A stretch of 64,000 nt of DNA, taken from Eledone cirrhosa (taxonomy: Eukaryota). The stretch lies in the NCBI GenBank assembly GCA_964016885.1, contig OZ024741.1, forward strand, positions 203,732,001 through 203,796,000, read 5' to 3'. How positions within the stretch are numbered: the stretch's first letter is position 1; every line of letters begins with the position of its first letter. The notes under the pieces were generated by a model, which worked only from the letters and a program-made list of their open reading frames with translations, searched no databases and had not been told where the DNA came from. A program made the translations under genes and the position numbers. Shown here in pieces: positions 55,770 through 64,000 of the stretch.

Positions 55770-56446
55770 ACTGGTCACCTGCCAATAGTATGAGCTAGTG
55801 GAAATATATGTTATTTTCTAAAATATACATTGACTGATCGGCCTGATTTGCTTATTAGCAGACTGGCTGATCAATCAGATCTGCATATTAGCAGATCCAT
55901 TGTATTCATCCATGTAGAGCGAAATTTTATTTTAATTGAATGTGGCAAAGCCGGCCATTTATCGCTCGTATACAGGATACTGACTGGCCAGTCTGCTGAT
56001 ATGCAAATCTGGCTGATCAGTGGATCTGCTGATATACAGATCTGATTGATCAGCCAGTCTGCTAATATACAAATAAGGCCGATCAGTCACTGAATATTTT
56101 AGAAAATAACATATATTTCCACTAGCTCTGACAGTTGGCAGGTGAGTAGTGAGCTGTACTGATGAAGGGTGATACCCAGAAACATTAGTGTCTGTAGTTC
56201 TGTTTACATGCCAACACAAGAGCAAGAATGAAGTTGTTCATCCTACTGACATGGCTTTAAAAATGAGGCTTGTTTACATAATTGGAAACGAATCGAATGT
56301 TATTATTAATATTCGAAAAACTCAGATTACATTTATTGTATTCAACCATGTAGAGCGAATTTTTGTTTTTTATTGGAAATTTAAAAAAAAAAAATATATA
56401 TATATATATATACATACATATATATATTATATCTATATAATATATA

Positions 56447-56514
<68 letters not shown>

Positions 56515-56754
56515 ACATTTAGTATGTATATATACAAAATTTAGTACAGCATCAACGAAACCATGGTTGCAGCCAAGCTAACGAATGCAGTTTCGGTGTG
56601 CAGCTAAGCACTCGATAGGGTATATAACCCTAGAGTTATAACATTACGTTTAGACAGCTTTGCAAAATGAAGACAGCGACCGATAGGAGGGCCGCAGTGG
56701 CCATAGCGACGAAAAAGACTGAACTCTGGAAAAATATATATATATATATATATA

Positions 56755-56871
<117 letters not shown>

Positions 56872-57049
56872 TTATGTCTCGTATAAAACAGTTCAACAAA
56901 AATGTTATCGATAACATAAGTACCAGGCATGAACAAATTAGTACTGGAAGAGGGGTTGATATAATCAACTAAATCAAGGTGGTGCTTCAGCATGGTCGCA
57001 ATCTAATGACTGGAACCATTAAAATAATATAATATATCGCTCAACTTAC

Positions 57050-57107
57050 TTTTTATTGGTCAGCTCTATCTGAACTCCAGTGCTATTAAATGTTGGGGTA
57101 CTTTCAA
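57050..57107 (-). CDS. PHM: PHM-like copper type II monooxygenase, internal exon (upstream exons probably lie beyond the window)
   Basis: tttag|...|gtaagt, 58 nt. ESTPTFNSTGVQIELTNKK resembles PHM DxSGVxxxLT. Phases match the next exon. Confidence 0.7.
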
Positions 57108-57289
57108 CTAAAATAGAATTAACGAAGAAGTTAGTCACGAGAATATATTACTAACTAGTTGACCCCGTGTATATTCCACGGTTTAATTAGAAATAACGAA
57201 ACAACTACTAAATATTGAAGATCAACTTGATAATATTTTAAATGTTTTTTTCTTATCTATATTTATATATATATATGTGTGGGGGGTGC

Positions 57290-57414
<125 letters not shown>

Positions 57415-57621
57415 TATGTGTGCGCGTAAAAGGTAAACAGAAATAACAACACAATCGGTACAGTATATGGAAGGTTAAGGTTTGAAATAGCAGTAAGAGG
57501 GTCTGAATGTTTCGGACGTTAGTCCTTCATCAGAAGAAAGAATGATAAATTGGAAATTATATATATATTATATATATATATTATATATATTATATATATA
57601 CGTATTATATTATATGTATTA

Positions 57622-57681
<60 letters not shown>

Positions 57682-58030
57682 TATATACAAAATAAAAATT
57701 AAGGGTTGTCATGTCTGAGAGACATGCACCATATCCACTGCAGAATAAGCTCAAAGATTCCAATGAATAGATCTGAGCATTACATATCAACTAGAAATAG
57801 ATTGACATATATATATATAAAATAAACATTTGAAACAATCACAGGGAATAATTTGTAAAGAATGTAAGCACACATAGCTAGGTAGGTAACCAATTAAAGT
57901 TTAACTAGAACTTCAAATATAGATACCTTTTAAAATGATTAATCTGAGTAATCAGATTAATCATTTTAAAAGTGAGTGTGTTCTGTTATTATTCTGGCAA
58001 TATTATTACAACAATATAACCCTCATCAAG

Positions 58031-58086
<56 letters not shown>

Positions 58087-58333
58087 TTTCTTTATTAACC
58101 ACAAGGGTTTACATAAAGTAGACATTAAGGACAGTGCAGGACAATGCAGGACGGTACAAATGGGCATTTCTGCGTGTAAAAAACAAAAACAGAGGATGTA
58201 ACAAAAATAACAATGAAAAATTCCCCAATAGGGGGGAGACTTCGGAGGGACATTTGTGGTGAAAGCCCAGTAAAAAGCCACAATGACCCTGACCACCAAG
58301 GCAAGTGCCCTCTCCCAGTTTTCCACCTTTAAT

Positions 58334-61300
58334 TTACAGATATATACTCAGAGTAGGCCCATTCACTCGGGCCATTCTTGCTTCTCTCACCCATCTTTCA
58401 ACAAAATGCTGGGAAGAGAGCACTTCCCTCTCTACTCTGATTTTCCTTTTCAAATGAAATTTGAAAAAGTCAATCAGAGCATCACCGAAGAGGTAAGTGC
58501 TCGTCTTCAGCCCTTTCAAACGTGTCCACCATACTATCTCTTTCACCATGGCCACCAGGCAGATAAAAACTGCCTGCCCTTCCCGGCTAAAGGAGGAGGG
58601 CGGGGCAATCCTCACGATGGACTCAGATGATAGCCGGATCCGTCCTAAACGCGACAGCAGGTGTTCGACATAAACCCACAAGTCAGCAATTTTCGGACAC
58701 TGGACGAGTGCGTGCAGGACGGTTTCGTCGCCCTGCGCGCATCTCGGACATGCCCGGCTGACGGCACCTCCATGCCTGTAGAGTTTATCCCGAACTGGCA
58801 AGGCCCCTCGGTAGCACTGCCAGGCCAGAGATTTCTGGAAGTTGTCCATAGGCCCTGGCCCGAAAGTTCTTCCGAAGAGATTGGCTAGTTGATTTTCGTC
58901 GACGCCTAGAGTTTCCCCAAGTACGTCGTCGCTCTTCCCCTCCACTAATCCTCTATAGAACGCCGAGGTGGAGTTTCCACCGATCACATTGCCCGATTGG
59001 TCGAGGGCTGTGAGCGCCTGAAGACATTCCAGTCTCCAGGCGCTCCCTCTCGGTCTTCGCTTGACCTAGGACTGCAGCTCCGTCAAGGAAACGAGCTGGG
59101 GAAAAACGCGTCTAGCAAACGGCGACCACACCTGATCACCGTCGAGGAAGAGGTGGAGATGTCGTAGCCTGAGCGCGTGCCTGCGCATCATCAGCCACGG
59201 CATGCCCAGCCCTCCACGTAGCGGGTGTTGACAACAGATGGACCGCCTGACCATCGGAGCACGTCCCTTCCACAAAAAGCGAAAGAGCAAACGTTCCAGC
59301 GCAGTCAGGCGAGGCTTAGGACAAGGTACGACGGTTAGGCGGTAGCAGATGACAGACGCGATGTACGCGTTAGCCACCTCCGCTCGACCTTTCAGGGATA
59401 GCTTCCTCTCCGCCCATTTCTGGGTGAGAGAAGCCACACTGCTCGTCACCTCGTCCCAGTTTTTGTCCGTCTGGAGGTCCGGACCGAACCAGACCCCTAG
59501 CAATTTAACCGGTCCGTCCGTCCAGCGCCCGACGACGCTATTGGACGGCATGGACCTGCCTCTCCAGGTGCCGAGCTGCAGGCCCACTGACTTTTCCTGG
59601 TTGATCATTGCTCCTGTCACCGCTTCGTATTCTCTTAGTGTAGTGCCGATCGCCTCGATGTGTTTGGCGTTCGACACCACTACGGTGACATCGTCCGCAT
59701 ATGCTGACACGGATCTTCCGCATCCTAGTTCGCGCGGGACTCCCCTCAACGTCTCCAGTTTGTGCAGTAATGGCTCGAGAGACAATACGTACAAGAGGGA
59801 CGAGAGGGGACATCCTTGGCGGACCGAGCGCATGATGTTGAACGGTTCCGACAGGTGACCGTTCACTCTCACCACAGAGCAGATGTCGCTGTGCATGGCA
59901 GCGATCCAGCCTCTGAAGACGGGCCCAAAGCCAGCCGCCCTCAGGACTGCCGCTAGGTAACGATGGTCGACCCTATCGAAAGCTTTCGACTGATCTAAAT
60001 TGATCAAGGACCCACCCGTGCCAGGTTCCCTAGCTACCCTCTCTACGATGTATCGCATGAGGTGGAGGTTGTCGTGGATGGATCTGTCGGGAATGGCGCA
60101 TGTCTGCGCCTCTCCCACCAGACCACCAATGACAAGCGCCAACCTCTTTGCTAGCACCTTGGCCAAAATCTTAAACTCTGTGTTTAGCAGAGTTATGGGC
60201 CGGAAATTGTCTATGTTATCCCCCTTGTTCGGATCCTTTCTCAGCAGTGCCACCGCTCCTCGGCTCACAGAACTGGGAATTCTCCCGTTCTGTTGCCAGT
60301 TGCAGTAGACGTCCGCCAAGAGGCCTCCGAACAAGTCTGGCATCTGTACGTAAAGTTCATAGGGCAGACCATCCAAACCAGGCGATTTACCCCTTGTGCA
60401 GCCAGTCATTGCCTCCCTTACTTCAGCGGCTGTTATCGGCTTTTCGCAACACTTCGCCTCAGTGGCCGAGAGCCGTGCAGTCCGTCGAGGTAGACACTAA
60501 AGTCCATCCCTCTACCCGGCCCCCCGCTGCCCCCGAACAGCTGAGCGAAGTGTCGCTGAAAAGCTTCACACATTTGCCCGGGATCGAGTAGCATGCGCCC
60601 GTCGTGGTCCACCAAAGACCGGATCGTGGCTTTGTTGCCACGACGCGCCTCCGCCACTCGGGCCCATTGAACGGCTTTCGTCCCCTCGTGTCTGAGAGCA
60701 CGCACCCTAGCTCTGACAACGCAGCCTTCGTGCTTTGCATTGAAGAATTGGTCAAGGGCCAATTTCACCGCAAGCACGTCGGTCGCAATGCCTTTGCTAA
60801 GCGCCTCGTCTAATTTTCTAACTAGTTCTCCCTCTGCTCTATTTTTCTCTATTGCTAAAGCCTTACTAAACCTAATCGATTCTATTCTAATCGCTCTTTT
60901 CAGAGCAAACCACCACTTGTTGTTGACGATGGCCCCCGTCAATGCCCGCTTAACTAGATCGCTAATCCGGTCTCTGTAGGCCTTGCGCGCTGGTAAGGAC
61001 GCGTTTAGCTTCCAGTAGCCGGGTCCTCGTCTATGAAGCCTATCTAGGTCAAGCACACAGATCACGAATTTGTGGTCCGTGTAGCTGACTATCTTGAATT
61101 GTGGACAGCCTATGCTAGACCTATCTATTTCCCTACAAAATACTCTATCTAGATATGATCTGGATGACCCTATGCGGTTTGTCCAAGTCCACATTGGCAC
61201 ATTCGGGAAATCCAATCGGTACCTGTCAGACAGTTCAAAACGCCTGAGCAGGTTGGTGAGGCTCTTGCACCCTCCACCCCTATCCGCTAATCCCACACAG

Positions 61301-61752
61301 TCCCAGCGTGCATCTAAGATCCCGTTCCAGTCGCCCACTAACACTAAAGAGCGGGACGTTCCAAGAAAGGTCTCCAGACGCCGGAAGAAATCAGGCCGCC
61401 CTGCTCCTGTCGGGGCATAGACGGCCACTAGCCTGAAAGCTTGCCCGTCTCCGCTGGTCACGTCCAGCACCACCAGCTTACCCTCTGGGTCCAGGAAGAT
61501 GGCCCGTATGGCGAGATCCAAACCTCTCCGAAAAAGCACAGCAACTCCTCCACCCGATCCAGGACGGCTGGGAGATGCGTACACATCGTAGCCGCCGAAG
61601 ATCGGTGCGAAGGCCCGTGCTTCGGAGATTCTGGTCTCGCTGATGGCCACTACATCTATGTTTAGTGACCTGAGGTCGTTGAGCAGGTGACCCTGCTTCC
61701 ATGACGACCCCAAGCCACGCGCATTTATGCTGCCTATTCTGAGTGAGGTCAT
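58334..61752 (-). pseudogene. LINE ORF2p (APE endonuclease, RT, C-terminal Zn finger) with one frameshift (about 60477) and one TAG (59066-59068)
   Basis: SINARGL, ISET, GDWN, SYLDR, TDH; KSPGLDG, FRPITLLN, DQSKAFD, QGCPLS, YADD; CPRC..ETVLHALVQC. The RT segment is on the minus strand although the track labels it +. Confidence 0.9.
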
Positions 61753-61787
61753 GTTTAAAATAGAGTGGAAAAGATGGGAAAGACCAC

Positions 61788-63887
61788 TTACCGTACTTTT
61801 GGTAGAGGAGGGATGGTTTTTACATCCCTTTTCACTTGATCGTCTGGTGAAGGGACCGTTGAATCGTCCCTTCGGCTGGTCGTCGGCTCTTCTAAGAGAA
61901 TGTCTGAATATACTCTTCGATTGATGGTTCCTCCTAGGTCCCTGAAATCACCAACTGCGTTGGGGAATTTCGTTTTAATGTTTGTGTATTGTTTCTGTGC
62001 TATTTTTAGCAGTCTTATGTTAGTTGGCGTTTTGATTGGTGCTGGTATTATGTAGTCCTGTTGTGAAATGTCTGTGTGTTCAATTATGTAAGTCATTAGT
62101 TTCTTGTTGTGTGTGTTTATTGCCGTGCATTTGTTTTTCTGGGGGTGGGGTGTGGTTCTGCTATTTTCTTGTCGTTGTTGCTGGGTGTGTGTGTTTTGTT
62201 GTTGTGTTTGCGATGTTGGTGCTTGTGGTGGTGGTGTTGAAGGTGTTGTTGGCGGTGGGGTTGTCGCCGGTGGTGATGGTGGTGCTGGTGTGGGTGGTGA
62301 TGGTGTTGGTGGTGTTGCTGCTGTGGGTCTCTTTGCAGTAGACTTTACCCTTTTCTCATTTCTTTCCTCCCTTTTCAAAGGCGACGATGCGCTGCTTCTG
62401 CGTTTGTGCCTTCTTGCGACCTTTTGCCATCCCTCTCCCACCTCACACTCCATGTCTGATTCTGTAAGGTCGGGGAGGGGTACCAGCTCCACTCTTTCAC
62501 TTGTTGTTGTTGGTGATGTTTGCACTGGAGTCTCTGTTGCAGCTGCATTTGGTATTGCTGTTGTTGATGTTGTTAATATTTCCACTGCTGCTGCTGTCTT
62601 TGATTTCCGTGGAGTGGGTATGGGTGCCACGGACCTATCGTTCCTGGTTGCCGCTTGTCCTGTTGCTGGTAGCCGTGGAGCCGGATTCGGAAGGAGGGGG
62701 GTTTTCTCCTTTCTCAGGGTCTTCTCGTTGCAGAAGGCCCTGAGGTGAGTCTTCGATCCACAGCGAAAGCATTTCGGGCGTTTGCCCTCAACACTTATGG
62801 GCAGTTGAGTGCCGTTATCGAAGTCTATCACATCCGGGATAGCTTCGATGCACTCCTGGTTGGTTTGGATTAGCATCTCAATGGAGGAGCCGACCCAATC
62901 TTCTCTTACTTTTTTCTGTACTTGCAGTACAGTTGTTTTGTCCTCGATTCCGACGAGGACAGACGCGGCCAGCCAAGAAGGGGTCATTCCGGGGGGGACG
63001 TGGGTCAGTTTGACCCTCACAATTTTTTGCCCGCAGTAGGAGGGCACCAACACCATTTCCTCGCTCCTTAGGGTCACTACTGATTGGGCCTTTGCCTCCT
63101 GGGGTGTGGCAAAAAGTACGTCTACGGTGGCGTATTTTTTGCCTCGGGTGATGTGCGTTTTCCTCTGCCACACAGACCCCAAGGCTTTTTGTATTTGGGC
63201 CTCTGTGGCTCTTTCCACCCTACGGGATTTTGTACTTACTGTACGGTACGTGACCGTACAGTGCTCTTGGGTTTCGAAAAAATTTTTCGCTGCCTTGCAG
63301 ATTGCTCGGTGTCCGTTCTTTGTCACCATCTTCTTCGCTTCCTCTAATTCCTCATTTGTTATGAGGATTGTTTCCAAGTTTTTCGCAATACCTGCAAATG
63401 AGATTGGTTTTTCTCTGCTGTTGTTGTTGTCGTCAGAGCTGCTGGTACTTTTGTTGTTGCTGCAGGTACTACGACTACTGCCTCCGCCGCTGTTGCTGTG
63501 GTTGTTGTTGGTGTTGCTGCTGCTAATGCTGTTTTTGTTTATGCTGCTGGTGATGCTGTTGCGGCTGCTACTGTTGTTTTCATTGTCACTGTTGCTGTTG
63601 TTATTACGGCTGCTACTGCTATTATTCCTGACGTCAGACGAATGAACTGGGTTTTCGTATTTCCCGCACACCTGTTTCGTCGCTGTCGTCGTCGTCGTGG
63701 AGAAACCTTGCACGCTTTGCACGAGACTTTTCTTTTCTTTCGTCGCTTGCGAAAGAGAAGGGAGGGAGAGAGACACATTTAAAGAAGGGAGGGAGAGAGA
63801 CAATCTTCTCTCTGCTGTAGTGATGATTGAGGAAGAAGAAGACGGAATGAGTGGGAGTGACGTATGAAATTTCTTTTTCGTAGCCAT
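61788..63887 (-). CDS. LINE ORF1p with CCHC zinc knuckle and S/N- and P/T/Q-rich low-complexity tracts
   Basis: Open frame from the ATG at 63887 (the track start at 63920 is TTG). CFRCGSKTHLRAFC. Confidence 0.85.
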   Translation of the reverse strand: MATKKKFHTSLPLIPSSSSSIITTAERRLSLSLPSLNVSLSLPSLSQATKEKKSLVQSVQGFSTTTTTATKQVCGKYENPVHSSDVRNNSSSSRNNNSNSDNENNSSSRNSITSSINKNSISSSNTNNNHSNSGGGSSRSTCSNNKSTSSSDDNNNSREKPISFAGIAKNLETILITNEELEEAKKMVTKNGHRAICKAAKNFFETQEHCTVTYRTVSTKSRRVERATEAQIQKALGSVWQRKTHITRGKKYATVDVLFATPQEAKAQSVVTLRSEEMVLVPSYCGQKIVRVKLTHVPPGMTPSWLAASVLVGIEDKTTVLQVQKKVREDWVGSSIEMLIQTNQECIEAIPDVIDFDNGTQLPISVEGKRPKCFRCGSKTHLRAFCNEKTLRKEKTPLLPNPAPRLPATGQAATRNDRSVAPIPTPRKSKTAAAVEILTTSTTAIPNAAATETPVQTSPTTTSERVELVPLPDLTESDMECEVGEGWQKVARRHKRRSSASSPLKREERNEKRVKSTAKRPTAATPPTPSPPTPAPPSPPATTPPPTTPSTPPPQAPTSQTQQQNTHTQQQRQENSRTTPHPQKNKCTAINTHNKKLMTYIIEHTDISQQDYIIPAPIKTPTNIRLLKIAQKQYTNIKTKFPNAVGDFRDLGGTINRRVYSDILLEEPTTSRRDDSTVPSPDDQVKRDVKTIPPLPKVR

Positions 63888-64000
63888 GTTTTTTTGTTTA
63901 AAATGAAATTTTGGGTACAAAACCCCAATAACTGGTTATTTAACCCCGAAGGGCCAAATAACGGACAGAAAGACCCCTCTCACGAGGAGGAGGGTGTCTT

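Larger units (their letters stand above)
58085..64000 (-). mobile_element. L1/Tx1-clade non-LTR retrotransposon, near full length; 5' UTR runs to the window edge
   Basis: ORF1 + ORF2 (APE-RT-CCHC). GC-rich relative to the flanks. (ATT)n tail at 58032-58084. Confidence 0.93.

Noticed and set aside
57700-57790. Additional PHM exon (acceptor-like site at about 57791)
   Set aside because: The translation lacks the expected LQxHY motif and there is no convincing donor.
59066-60409. ORF track lists the 447-aa RT ORF on the + strand
   Set aside because: The plus strand shows CAT at 60407-60409 and CTA at 59066-59068, so the protein is encoded on the minus strand, colinear with the APE and C-terminal ORFs. 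This is a label error, not an inversion.
59349-63782. Plus-strand ORFs overlapping the LINE
   Set aside because: Antisense shadows of GC-rich, low-complexity coding sequence with no motifs.

Overview
AT-rich, microsatellite-saturated eukaryotic DNA. The SINE families, repeat density and exon structure fit a coleoid cephalopod (Octopus-like), which is an inference. Two spliced minus-strand host genes can be assembled by hand with phase-consistent GT-AG junctions. One is a polypeptide GalNAc-transferase (5 coding exons, 16496->3147, continuing off the left edge). The other is the 3' seven exons of a divergent, monofunctional PHM-like copper monooxygenase (57107->38490), which keeps the CuM ligands but has lost the canonical peptide-binding Arg/Asn. 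The rest is mostly transposable elements: several Penelope-like elements (PLEs), a 4.5-kb hAT with an 899-aa transposase and an 8-bp TSD inserted into a Helitron-like hairpin, a near-intact L1/Tx1 LINE, a decayed mariner, RTE/CR1 fragments and many tRNA-derived SINEs. The most striking pattern is about 10 sequence families of hammerhead-ribozyme motifs in PLE termini. They nearly always occur as tail-out inverted pairs inserted in (TA)n tracts, including inside introns of the PHM-like gene. All alignments were done by eye with no database searches.
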